From Minisyncoccota bacterium (GTDB lineage: Bacteria > Patescibacteriota > Patescibacteriia > SG8-24 > DYFX01): 64,000 nt of DNA. Shown here in pieces: positions 7,943 through 16,859 of this stretch. The position numbers were made by a program, and so were the translations under genes. Numbering within the stretch: position 1 is the first letter of the stretch; every line of letters starts with the position of its first letter. The notes under the pieces were generated by a model. The model searched no databases, was not told the origin of the DNA, and was given only the letters and a program-made list of their open reading frames with translations. The DNA is taken from the NCBI GenBank assembly GCA_052034355.1, contig JBPOIQ010000002.1, forward strand, positions 1,555 to 65,554. Direction: 5' to 3'.

Positions 7943-8734
7943 TTATTTCTTGAGCGCAACTAATGCGAGGAACATCGGGATTTCGTTGCGTGCGATATTC
8001 TCCGCTTTGGCTTTTGGGCCGGAGTCGCTCGTTTTGTGCGACGTCCATTCTTCCAAATTCTCGATCACGAAACCGTGCTTCGCGAGCGCGTGGACGTACG
8101 TTTCGAGTGGGCGGTGATAGGAATGCGTGACGATGCCTGGTTTTGATCCTGGGTGTGCCTGCACCGGCACGTCGTAAGCGCCGAGATATTTATCGACGCG
8201 GCGATATTGCAGCTTGCGGTTTTCGTCCCAGCCCCAGCCGCTTTGGCGGAGCTGGCGGAAGGCCGGGTGGTTCATGACGATGACGAAGCGCGCGCCAGGC
8301 TTCAAAACCTTGGAAGCGTCCCGAAAGACGGGAAAAATATCATCGATGTTTTGAATGGCCAAAATGCAACTAGCGCCGTCAAAAGAGGCGGCGGGATAGC
8401 GCGAGGCAAAATCACGGGCGTCGAGGACGGCATAGTCGGCGTTTTCGGGCGCGCGCGCCTTGGCTCGCTCGATCAACGTCGGGGCGGCGTCAAAACCAGC
8501 GACGTGAACGGAGGGTTTGCGCGCGATCTGGCGCGTGAATGCCCCCTCGCCGCAGGCAATGTCGAGATAGCGTTTTCCGGGAGCGGGGGAGAGGAGGCGT
8601 TCGGTGCCGGGGAAAACCACGGCTTCCTGGACCGTGTCCTCCTTGTCCAAATACGAACCATACCAACGGGAAACGCCTTCCCAGCTGGTTTTCGGGCCTC
8701 GCGGTTTTTGCTGAAACGGTTTGCGGCGCTGCAT
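7943..8734 (-). CDS. class I SAM-dependent methyltransferase
   Basis: Motif I LDIACGEGAF, an acidic motif II (VAGFD), and motif IV-like region. 263 aa. Confidence 0.75.
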   Translation of the reverse strand: MQRRKPFQQKPRGPKTSWEGVSRWYGSYLDKEDTVQEAVVFPGTERLLSPAPGKRYLDIACGEGAFTRQIARKPSVHVAGFDAAPTLIERAKARAPENADYAVLDARDFASRYPAASFDGASCILAIQNIDDIFPVFRDASKVLKPGARFVIVMNHPAFRQLRQSGWGWDENRKLQYRRVDKYLGAYDVPVQAHPGSKPGIVTHSYHRPLETYVHALAKHGFVIENLEEWTSHKTSDSGPKAKAENIARNEIPMFLALVALKK

Positions 8735-8823
8735 AGTGAGTAGCCTAGCGCATTGGAGCGTTGACGTGAAGCGCTGAAACTGCTAGCTTCAAAATACGGT
8801 CGTGATCGACCGAAGGAGGGTTC

Positions 8824-9609
8824 ATGCCCCGCAATCAAGAAAAGACCGACTATATCGACGTTGTCATCGAGGGCATTCACCATGTGTCTGATGCTCCTCT
8901 CACGGTCGAAGTGCGTGTCGATCCTGAGAGCAATGAGAAGGAAGCGCGCGCGAAGCTTGCGAACGCTGAACCGGGGGTCAAGAGGCTGTATCTTCAGTGG
9001 AGGTACAATGCCGGCGATCCAGGTTGGTCCGACGAGATCTTGTCGATCAACCTCGCGACCAAGCGGTTGGACGACCATGGTGCGGGCAATCCGCTCTTGG
9101 GACGCCAACGCGTCGGATCCGGCGCGCTCGGCGTGGTGATCCTCGCGTCGCCAGCACTCCTGTTCCTCTCACCGTATCTGATCGCGCGTTCGCGCGTGCA
9201 TGCCGTGCGTGAAGCGCGCGCCGGCATGTCGCGTCATGCCATCGCTCTTTTGGACAAGCTCCGCGGTCAGCTCGATCAGGAGACTGCTTCGTTGCTCGAA
9301 GAAGTGTTCAAGAACGAGTGGCAGCGCGACAAGAAGCTCGAGCGTCGCCTGACGTTCGAGGAGGCGCACAAGCTGCTCCTCGCGTGTCATCTCGACGTGT
9401 CGCGCTTCGGGGAAGCGAGCGCGCGGCCGTACGGAGAAGCGAGGCACTGGTTCGATGATCAGGGCGACCACGTTGCCGCGTACGAGTACGAAGACGGCCA
9501 AACCGATCCGCCACGCCTGCGCGTGTGCGGGGGGGTCTTCCTCGGCCGCCAAGCGCGGTCGCTGCTCGACGTCTGCAAGACGCGCACCGATCAATCCGAC
9601 GACAAGTAG
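8824..9609 (+). CDS. hypothetical membrane-associated protein
   Basis: 261 aa with a central hydrophobic helix (GALGVVILASPALLFLSPYLIA). No known motif. Confidence 0.45.
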   Translation: MPRNQEKTDYIDVVIEGIHHVSDAPLTVEVRVDPESNEKEARAKLANAEPGVKRLYLQWRYNAGDPGWSDEILSINLATKRLDDHGAGNPLLGRQRVGSGALGVVILASPALLFLSPYLIARSRVHAVREARAGMSRHAIALLDKLRGQLDQETASLLEEVFKNEWQRDKKLERRLTFEEAHKLLLACHLDVSRFGEASARPYGEARHWFDDQGDHVAAYEYEDGQTDPPRLRVCGGVFLGRQARSLLDVCKTRTDQSDDK

Positions 9610-9672
9610 GTCGTCGGTTTTTATATTGACGAAAACGGGTTTTCGGAGTAGACCTGTGACGGGAGGTAACCG

Positions 9673-11799
9673 ATGAAAACGCTCTTTTTGGCCTGGTTGT
9701 GTCTCTTGTTCGTGGCCTGCGGTTCGAGAGAACCGCCCAGGCAGGACAGTGGAAAGACGGACGTTGTGCCCGTCAGTCCGCCCGTCGTTTTGAAGACGGT
9801 GCGCGTGTATGTCGTCCCGTTCTCCGACGTCGATCAGAAGGGGATGGACTACTTCTCTCTCGGTCTGGCGCTGTTTGCAAACGCGCGGCTCGAAGAGCTT
9901 TCCCAGGATGCCGAAGCGTCGAAAGCGCTGGCGGAGAGGGGATACAAGCTCGAAGCTGTCGTTGGTTCGCACGTGCTGCCTGAAGAGTCGGCAAGGCTCG
10001 CGACTGAGCGACCAAACGACATTTCGCTCGCCGCGATCCATGCGGCTGCGAAACGCGCGGGCGCCACGCACGTGCTGACCGGCTACTACAGCGGTCGTGT
10101 CGAGCGTTGGTCGCTCAGCGTCGTGTTGTACGAAGTCGGTGCCGACCGCCTGCGTGAAATCGATCGCGTGACGGAAGAGAAGATGATCTACGCTTCTTCT
10201 CGCGACGTGCCGAAGCCTTCGCACCCCGGCGTGCAGGGTGACATGGCGCACGCCATGCTCGGAAGCGGGATCGTGAAGACGTTCGCCAAGGCGGGCATCG
10301 ATCTGCCTCCCGCGTATGTCGAAGCGCTCTCGCGACCGCAGACGCCGGACATCGTCTCCTTCATCAACCTTTCTCGGGCGTATCGAGCTCTGCTCACGAG
10401 CGACGAGGATGATGCGATGAAGGCGGCGCTGGCGTACGCGGAGAATGCCGTCAGGATCTGGCCGCGCTATCAGATCGCGCGCCGGCTCTATGCCTGGCTG
10501 CTCTGGCAGACCGGTCTCCCGGAGAAGGCGCGGATGCATTACCAGGAAGCGCTCAAGGATGATCCCAAGGACATTCGTTCGCTCCTGGCGTATGGACGCG
10601 TCGAACTCGATACTGGTCAATACGATGAGGCGCGGGCGAGCTTCGAAGCTGCCGTGGCGCTTCGTTCCGAAGATCCGCTTCTTCACTACTGGCTCGGCGA
10701 GGCGTATGCCAAGCTCGGCCGGGTGCAAGACGCGATCGCTCGTTACGAAACGAGTCGTGACTTCGATCCTGGCAATCTCGATGCGCGGCACGCGCTGGTC
10801 GGCTTGTACGCCAGCGAGCGTCGCTATGCGGATGCCGCGAAGGAACTGCGTGTCATCATTTCGGCGGAACCGGACAATGGTGATCCGATCTACCTGCTCG
10901 CTGCCTGCGAGCGCGCGCTCGGCCACTCGGACGAAGCGTTCGCCGCCTACGACCTCGGCCTTTCTCGATTTCCGAACAATGCGAAGCTCCGCAAGATCCG
11001 CAAAGCGGCGGAGAAAGACGGCAACGGAACGTTTGCCGCCGGACTGCATGTGACGGACGCGCTTCGCGGCCGCATGGAAACGATGCGCGCGGAGTTCCAG
11101 GAAGCCGTCAACGACGGCACTTGGCTCCTGGCGCATGAGAAGGAAGCGGCCTGCGCCGACGGTCTGGCCGGAAGCGATTATCTCTTTGCCCGCGAACGCG
11201 GCGGAGAGTACGAAGCGCATGGCAAGGAACTGCAAAGCCGCGTGCACGCCGTGCGGACGCTGCTCAAGGATGATTGGGGACTGCTCCTGACGCCCGACGA
11301 GCTCGCGCTCGCCGAAGACCTCCTGCGCTACGAGCAGGTGTCCTTGCGCGATTACCGCGAAATGCGGACGGCTTACAACGGCACGTTCAAGCGCATGCTC
11401 TCCGAGCGCGGATGCAACCTTGATCCGCAAGCGGTACGAGCGGCGAAGATCGAAGAAGTGCGCGAGCGTAACGGCAAGCGATACGTGACGATGCCTGAGC
11501 CGCCCAAGCGCGACAACTCCGGTATCTCGCCGGTCGTGCCGAACGATGCGGTCGACAACGTCACGTTCTACGTCGAGAACCTCTCGAACGAAGATATCGT
11601 GCTCGTGCTCGACGGCCGCGCTCTCGCGCCGTCCGTACCGCCCTACGTCGGTACCGGAGACCTGCCTCAATACTCGACCCCGATCGGGGAGCATCAGTTG
11701 TGCCATGTCGCAAAGTCGGCCAAGCCGGAATGCGTCGGCACGAATATCCGTACGTTCGTGGTGGACGAGGGTCTCGTCTACCGCGTCCAGGACCAATGA
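9673..11799 (+). CDS. TPR-repeat lipoprotein (708 aa)
   Basis: Signal peptide with lipobox MKTLFLAWLCLLFVAC-G. Multiple TPR-like repeats (HYWLGEAYAKLGRVQDAIARYETSRDFDPGN, ARHALVGLYASERRYADAAKEL...). The long minus-strand ORF 9169..11796 is antisense to it. Confidence 0.65.
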   Translation: MKTLFLAWLCLLFVACGSREPPRQDSGKTDVVPVSPPVVLKTVRVYVVPFSDVDQKGMDYFSLGLALFANARLEELSQDAEASKALAERGYKLEAVVGSHVLPEESARLATERPNDISLAAIHAAAKRAGATHVLTGYYSGRVERWSLSVVLYEVGADRLREIDRVTEEKMIYASSRDVPKPSHPGVQGDMAHAMLGSGIVKTFAKAGIDLPPAYVEALSRPQTPDIVSFINLSRAYRALLTSDEDDAMKAALAYAENAVRIWPRYQIARRLYAWLLWQTGLPEKARMHYQEALKDDPKDIRSLLAYGRVELDTGQYDEARASFEAAVALRSEDPLLHYWLGEAYAKLGRVQDAIARYETSRDFDPGNLDARHALVGLYASERRYADAAKELRVIISAEPDNGDPIYLLAACERALGHSDEAFAAYDLGLSRFPNNAKLRKIRKAAEKDGNGTFAAGLHVTDALRGRMETMRAEFQEAVNDGTWLLAHEKEAACADGLAGSDYLFARERGGEYEAHGKELQSRVHAVRTLLKDDWGLLLTPDELALAEDLLRYEQVSLRDYREMRTAYNGTFKRMLSERGCNLDPQAVRAAKIEEVRERNGKRYVTMPEPPKRDNSGISPVVPNDAVDNVTFYVENLSNEDIVLVLDGRALAPSVPPYVGTGDLPQYSTPIGEHQLCHVAKSAKPECVGTNIRTFVVDEGLVYRVQDQ

Positions 11800-11804
11800 A
11801 TACG

Positions 11805-11834
11805 GCCTCTGTCATCACGACAGGGGTCTTTTTT
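11805..11834 (+). terminator. intrinsic terminator after the lipoprotein gene
   Basis: CCTCTGTC-atcac-GACAGGGG followed by TCTTTTTTCG. Confidence 0.65.
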
Positions 11835-11836
11835 CG

Positions 11837-11865
11837 TTGACATGGGGGGTTGCCAGGTATATATA
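11837..11865 (+). promoter_or_regulatory. sigma70-type promoter for the PBP gene
   Basis: TTGACA (11837-42), a 17-nt spacer, TATAAG (11860-65). About 70 nt upstream of the ATG at 11936. Confidence 0.55.
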
Positions 11866-11935
11866 AGGAGTTTATTCCGGGAACGAGTGTTCCCGGGATA
11901 CCGTACGCAAACGCGTCCTTCACAAGGAGGGCACC

Positions 11936-14900
11936 ATGTGGCAATGGCTCAAGCGGCAGCTCGATCGAGGCTTGTTGGTATTCAAGGTAGCGATCGCTTA
12001 CGTCGTCATCCTGGCGATCCCGTTGACCATCGTGCTCATGCCTGGTCGTCTCGGGGTGCCGGCGCGGTTTGCTTTCCCACTCGCCCTTATCGTCCTTCCG
12101 GCGCTCTACGCGCTTTGGAGAACGTTCAAGGGTATCGCTGCCCTGGTTGCCAGGTCGGCAGTCTTCCTCTGGAAGTTCCGGCTGTTCCGCGGGATGGTCT
12201 TCACGGCGTCAGCCGCGCTGGCCGTCGTGATCGCGCTCATGAACGTTCTGCGTTCCGGCGCGTACATGCGGCTGGGTCTCATGTGCGAAGCGATCGGACT
12301 CTTCGGTATTTTCGCGGCCGCGTTTCTCTCGAATCCGCCCGAGCGCATCCTTGCGCGCATGCGGAGCTGGAGAGTCTCGCCCGCGTATTCCGGCGCGTTC
12401 AACATCTTCCGCATCGCCATGTGGCTCATTGGCATCGCGCTCATCGACTGGTGGCTCTATGCCATGGTTGACGGGCTACTCTGGGGCAACTGGCTCATGT
12501 TGCCGTGGCAGTGGGTCGGCAACCTACCGTACTTCGTCGAGATCTTCTTTGCGCCGTTGGAACATCCGATTGCCCTCGCGACGCTTCCACCGATCGTCTT
12601 CACGTTCTTTGCGCTGCTGGCGCGTCCTCCGTACGTGCGACGCGCTGCACCACGCAAGGTGTTGACGATTCGCAGCGTACCGCCGGGACTGCGTCGTGCC
12701 TTCAAGCGGCTCTACGGTGGAATTCCGATGTATACGATCGAGCGGGAGCCGAAGTTCGTGCAATTCACCGCTCCAGACGGAAGCGTTGGCCAAGCCGGCG
12801 AACGATTCGTCTTCATGCGGATGCTTTGCACGGGATTCGCGCTCGGGACCCTTCTGACTTGCGTGATCCTCACGCGGCTCGCTGAAGGATTCGTTCAAGA
12901 GATGCCCGACGATCTCTCCAGCGTCGAAAGCTATCAGCCGGTCGTCTCGACGATCGTGCTCGATCGCAACAAGAAGCTGATGTGCAGCTTTTCGCTCGAG
13001 AATCGCACGTGGACGGATCTTGAAAACGTTCCGGGCTACGTGCAAGAGGCGTTCATCGCTTCGGAAGACAAGACGTTCTGGACGCATGATGGGCTCGATC
13101 CGAAAGGTATCCTGCGCGCGCTTCTTCACAACTTGAGGGACAAAAACGCGCAGCAAGGCGCCTCGACGATTACTGCCCAAGTGATCAAACAGGTCGTGCT
13201 CAAGGACTCGAGTCCGACGATCGAGCGCAAGCTCAAGCAGTTCTTCTTGGCCGTCCGTCTTGAGAGAGAGATGGCAGAGAAGTACGGGCGCCGCAAAGCC
13301 AAAGAAAAGATTCTCGAGGTCTATCTGAATCACGTGTACCTCGGCAAGAACGCCTACGGCGTCGAGGCTGCAGCGGAAACGTATTTCGGAAAGTCCGTTC
13401 GGAATCTGACGTTGGCCGAAGCGGCGATTCTGGCCGGTTTGCCGAAGGCGCCATCGGATGATTCGCCCGACGGGCATTTCGACCGCGCCAAGGTGCGTCA
13501 GCGCTACGTGCTCGGTCGCATGCGCGAGAATGGCGTGATCACGAAAGCTGAGTATGAAGAAGCACTTCTCGTGCCGATCACGCTCATCAAGCGTGCGCAC
13601 CCGTTCAACATGGCGACGGCGCCGTTCGCTTGCGAGGAAACCCGCAAATTCGTCGAACGCACGTTTGGCTATGACGCGGTGTACAAGCAAGGTTTGATCA
13701 TTCACACAACCTTCGATCTCGTTCGCCAGCGCCAAGCGCAAGTCGATGTACGATTCGGTCTGCGCGAGCTCGAACGTCGCCTGGGTTTTGCCGGTCCGGA
13801 AGGACATGACAATGACGCCGGGTCGACATGCGAGCACCCGATGGGATTGGTTGTCGATAATGCTGTCGAAGCAAACGCACGCGTCGTTGCGCGTAGCGGC
13901 TCGTCGATCACGCTATGCGTGCGCGGTCATGCCTTTCCGCTCGATGCGGAGGACGTAGATCGTGTTGTCAGGTGGGAGCGAGCCAAGTCGGGTCGCAAGC
14001 TCGTTCTTGGGGATCTCCTCACGGTTCGCATTGAGACGAGGGAAAAGGGTGATGGTACGTCCGAACGCTTCGCGTTGACCGCTCGCCGTACCGGCGGGAA
14101 GGATCATCCTGAAGCGTTGCAGGCCGCGATCGTCGCCATCGATCCACAAAGCGGGGAAATCCGCGCGCTGGTCGGAGGCTACGATTGGAACGAGAGCCAG
14201 TTCAACAACGCCACGCAAGCGCGGCGTCAAACGGGCTCCTCGATCAAGCCATACGTTTATCTGACGGCGCTCATGAACGGAAAGACGGTCGTCTCGACCG
14301 TGCTTGATGCGCCGATCTGTCTTCCGACCGCTTCCGGCATGTGGTGCCCGACGAACTATTCGGGCCCCAGAACGACGCGCGTCTTCTATGGCACCGTCGA
14401 TCTGGTCACGGCGCTCGCGAAGTCGCTCAACTCCGTATCTGTCCGGCTTCTCGTCGAAGTTGGTCTCGATAAGGCGATTGCGACGATGCGCGCGCTCGGT
14501 ATCCGCTCGCCGATCGTTCGGGTCTTTCCCTTGGCTGTCGGAACTCCCGAGATCACTCTTTGGGAACACACTGCCGGCTACGCGACGATCCTTTCGAACG
14601 GACGCGCGATGGCGCCGCAGAAAGAAGGCTACGCTCCCGGCATCTTCGTGAAGTCGGTCGAAACCTTCGTTCGGACTCCATCCGGCCATTCCGAGCTAAA
14701 GACGATTTATACCGCGCCGGAACGTCCGGAAACGCAGGCGGTGCCTTCGGGCGACGCCTATGCGATGACGGAGCTCATGCGCGGCGTGGTCGAGTTCGGA
14801 ACCGGTACGCGCGCCAAGAAGTTGCGTCGTCCTGTGGTCGGCAAGACCGGTACGACGAACAACTTCCAGGACGCGTGGTTCATGGGCGGTACATCCGATC

Positions 14901-15202
14901 TCGTCGTTGGTACCTGGGTCGGACGCAGGACGCCTGCTCCGATTGCGAGGGAAGCGACGGGTGGTGTCGTAGCGCTTCCGATCTGGCTCGCCTTCATGGA
15001 ATCGGTCTTTCCGGTCCCTGCGGACGGCCAGCCGTTCTCGACGCCGCCTCGGGATTTCCCGATCCCGAACGACGTCACACTCCTACGTCGAGGTACGACC
15101 GACAATGGCCGCACCGGCCTCCTCCCGTTCCAACGGGGGAAGACGCCGGACGCCTATCTCGAAGCGCCAAACGCCGACTTCGGCCAAGGCGCCTTCGAAT
15201 GA
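11936..15202 (+). CDS. class A penicillin-binding protein (bifunctional glycosyltransferase family 51 (GT51)/transpeptidase) fused to a ~270-aa polytopic N-terminal membrane domain
   Basis: GT51 motifs EDKTFWTHDG and GASTITAQVIKQ. Transpeptidase motifs SGSSIKP (SxxK), SLNS (SxN), KTGTT (KTG). The first ~290 aa carry about six or seven hydrophobic helices before the canonical anchor helix. Confidence 0.85.
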   Translation: MWQWLKRQLDRGLLVFKVAIAYVVILAIPLTIVLMPGRLGVPARFAFPLALIVLPALYALWRTFKGIAALVARSAVFLWKFRLFRGMVFTASAALAVVIALMNVLRSGAYMRLGLMCEAIGLFGIFAAAFLSNPPERILARMRSWRVSPAYSGAFNIFRIAMWLIGIALIDWWLYAMVDGLLWGNWLMLPWQWVGNLPYFVEIFFAPLEHPIALATLPPIVFTFFALLARPPYVRRAAPRKVLTIRSVPPGLRRAFKRLYGGIPMYTIEREPKFVQFTAPDGSVGQAGERFVFMRMLCTGFALGTLLTCVILTRLAEGFVQEMPDDLSSVESYQPVVSTIVLDRNKKLMCSFSLENRTWTDLENVPGYVQEAFIASEDKTFWTHDGLDPKGILRALLHNLRDKNAQQGASTITAQVIKQVVLKDSSPTIERKLKQFFLAVRLEREMAEKYGRRKAKEKILEVYLNHVYLGKNAYGVEAAAETYFGKSVRNLTLAEAAILAGLPKAPSDDSPDGHFDRAKVRQRYVLGRMRENGVITKAEYEEALLVPITLIKRAHPFNMATAPFACEETRKFVERTFGYDAVYKQGLIIHTTFDLVRQRQAQVDVRFGLRELERRLGFAGPEGHDNDAGSTCEHPMGLVVDNAVEANARVVARSGSSITLCVRGHAFPLDAEDVDRVVRWERAKSGRKLVLGDLLTVRIETREKGDGTSERFALTARRTGGKDHPEALQAAIVAIDPQSGEIRALVGGYDWNESQFNNATQARRQTGSSIKPYVYLTALMNGKTVVSTVLDAPICLPTASGMWCPTNYSGPRTTRVFYGTVDLVTALAKSLNSVSVRLLVEVGLDKAIATMRALGIRSPIVRVFPLAVGTPEITLWEHTAGYATILSNGRAMAPQKEGYAPGIFVKSVETFVRTPSGHSELKTIYTAPERPETQAVPSGDAYAMTELMRGVVEFGTGTRAKKLRRPVVGKTGTTNNFQDAWFMGGTSDLVVGTWVGRRTPAPIAREATGGVVALPIWLAFMESVFPVPADGQPFSTPPRDFPIPNDVTLLRRGTTDNGRTGLLPFQRGKTPDAYLEAPNADFGQGAFE

Positions 15203-15208
15203 GCTCAG

Positions 15209-15237
15209 ACCCCCTGCCAAGCGGCAGGGGGTTTTTC
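15209..15237 (+). terminator. intrinsic terminator after the PBP gene
   Basis: CCCCCTGCC-aa-GCGGCAGGGGG followed by TTTTTCTATTTTTT. Confidence 0.75.
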
Positions 15238-15350
15238 TATTTTTTCGGGGGTCAGAAGAGGGTTGACAAAACCCTTGTTTTACGCTAGACTACCTCGGTT
15301 CCGGCGTGTTGCCGGGGCATCAACCTCCACCGCTCTTTCAAGGGAGTGTC

Positions 15351-16505
15351 ATGTCGAAGGAAAGCTCGACGAATCCGGTTCCATTCGTGATCGCGGCGAT
15401 CATCATCGCCGCCGTCGCGTTCGGGCATACGAAGAAGGAGCGGCATGCTGGTGGCGGGCGCGACGCGTCCGTTTCCAACGACAGCTCCGACAACGAAGCC
15501 TCGGAAGGAGAAGAAGAGAGCGGCGCGGCGCCGTCCGACGGTACGGCGCGCGTCGTCCTCGTGTCGCTCGACGGCATGCACGTGAAGTTGATCGACGTCA
15601 TGCCGCACCTGCGGCAGATGTTCGACGAAGGCTCATACACGCTGAAGGCGCGGGTGCCCTGGGCTACGCTCGAGGTGCCCGACGAAAACGGCGTGTCCGC
15701 GAGGATCTCTCGCGGCGCCACGACGGCCGTCTCGCACGCTGCGCTCTTCACGGGCGCGGATCCCGAGGTGAACGGCGTGACGAACGAGCCGATCGACGAC
15801 GCGCATCACACGCGCCACGTCCACGGCGTCGCGTTTCGATGGACTCCGCTTTTGGTGAAAGAAACCATCTTCACCGCGGTGGAGCAGTCGGGACGAGGCG
15901 TCCGTGCCTACGTCGAGAAGGGGAAGCTGGTCGGCCTGCTCCGCGCCGACGGTTCCGAAACCGGGATCGTCACGAGGAACAGTATCGATCGGTTCGCTCT
16001 CCGCGACTGCGAGGCGTTCAAGGACGCTTCGGCCGGCTTGATCGTCTTGCACTTCAAGATGATCGATGGCGCCGGGCATAACGTCGGTTGGCTCACTCCC
16101 GAGCAGTACAAGGAGGCTGAGATCATCGACGGCAAGCTCAAGGTGATCCGGGACTGCATCGCTGTGGCCGACGCGCGCGACGGTCTCTCGACCACGCTGA
16201 TCGTGACCGCCGACCACGGCGGTACGCCCGGCCTGAAGAAGGGCCACAGCGCGAACGATGACGACAATCGTCTCGTTCCATGGGTCATCGTCGGTCCCGG
16301 CATCAAGCGGGGTTACGAGATTGTTGGTCGGAACGACTTGCCGCCTATCCGGAATCCCCGGAACGGTGGTCCGAGCGTGCCAGCCGCGATCAACCTCTAC
16401 GACACCGTGCCGACGATCTTGCGCATCCTGGGCTTGCCCAGGAGCGCGATGCCATCACTCTCGGTTCAAGCAAAGTCCGTCGACGAAGTCTTCGTTACGG
16501 ACTGA
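15351..16505 (+). CDS. alkaline-phosphatase-superfamily enzyme, nucleotide pyrophosphatase/phosphodiesterase (NPP)-like, membrane anchored
   Basis: ATG 15351 (MSKESS...) followed by a TM helix. RVVLVSLDGMH is the NPP metal-site motif, with VTADHGG later. The upstream part of ORF-track 15306..16505 is unlikely to be coding. Confidence 0.6.
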   Translation: MSKESSTNPVPFVIAAIIIAAVAFGHTKKERHAGGGRDASVSNDSSDNEASEGEEESGAAPSDGTARVVLVSLDGMHVKLIDVMPHLRQMFDEGSYTLKARVPWATLEVPDENGVSARISRGATTAVSHAALFTGADPEVNGVTNEPIDDAHHTRHVHGVAFRWTPLLVKETIFTAVEQSGRGVRAYVEKGKLVGLLRADGSETGIVTRNSIDRFALRDCEAFKDASAGLIVLHFKMIDGAGHNVGWLTPEQYKEAEIIDGKLKVIRDCIAVADARDGLSTTLIVTADHGGTPGLKKGHSANDDDNRLVPWVIVGPGIKRGYEIVGRNDLPPIRNPRNGGPSVPAAINLYDTVPTILRILGLPRSAMPSLSVQAKSVDEVFVTD

Positions 16506-16520
16506 CAACTCGCTCAGGTC

Positions 16521-16551
16521 GCGCCTTCATCACACGAAGGCGCGATTTTTT
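16521..16551 (+). terminator. intrinsic terminator
   Basis: GCGCCTTC-atcacac-GAAGGCGC followed by GATTTTTTG. A TATACT -10-like box follows immediately. Confidence 0.7.
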
Positions 16552-16565
16552 GTTATACTGAAACC

Positions 16566-16856
16566 ATGAAACATCCCGAGGATCCCGAAGCGCTGCTCTT
16601 CCTGGCTGAAGCTGGGGGTGACGTGCCCGAAGCCGACCTTCACGGTCTGTATCCTGCACAAGCGCTTGAGAGTGTTGAGCGGCTGCTCAATGCCGCGTTC
16701 GTGCGCGGAGACCGCGTCGTGCGCGTGATCCACGGGAAGGGGGAAGGGCGTTTGCGCGAGGCGCTTCATCGCGCCTGCAGGAGCCATCCGCTCGTGGAAC
16801 GCTTTCGGGAAACTTCTGGTGGGGGAGCGACGGTACTTTTACTTGTCGAACGTTGA
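16566..16856 (+). CDS. Smr (small MutS-related) domain protein
   Basis: DLHGLYPAQALESVERLL...VVRVIHGKGEGRLREALHRAC matches the Smr LHG...IHGKG core. Confidence 0.65.
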   Translation: MKHPEDPEALLFLAEAGGDVPEADLHGLYPAQALESVERLLNAAFVRGDRVVRVIHGKGEGRLREALHRACRSHPLVERFRETSGGGATVLLLVER

Positions 16857-16859
16857 TCT

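Noticed and set aside
9169-11796. 875-aa minus-strand ORF
   Set aside because: Exactly antisense to the TPR lipoprotein gene. Its translation is Arg/Ala/Gly-rich and low in complexity, and it has no signal, motif or sensible start context. This is the typical high-GC antisense artefact.
12524-14689. Minus-strand ORFs of 437 aa and 258 aa
   Set aside because: Antisense to the well-supported class A PBP, which has all catalytic motifs. The products are Arg-rich and low in complexity.
15263-16081. 272-aa Arg-rich plus-strand ORF
   Set aside because: It overlaps the alkaline-phosphatase-family gene in another frame. The extreme Arg/Ala composition is typical of off-frame GC-rich translation.
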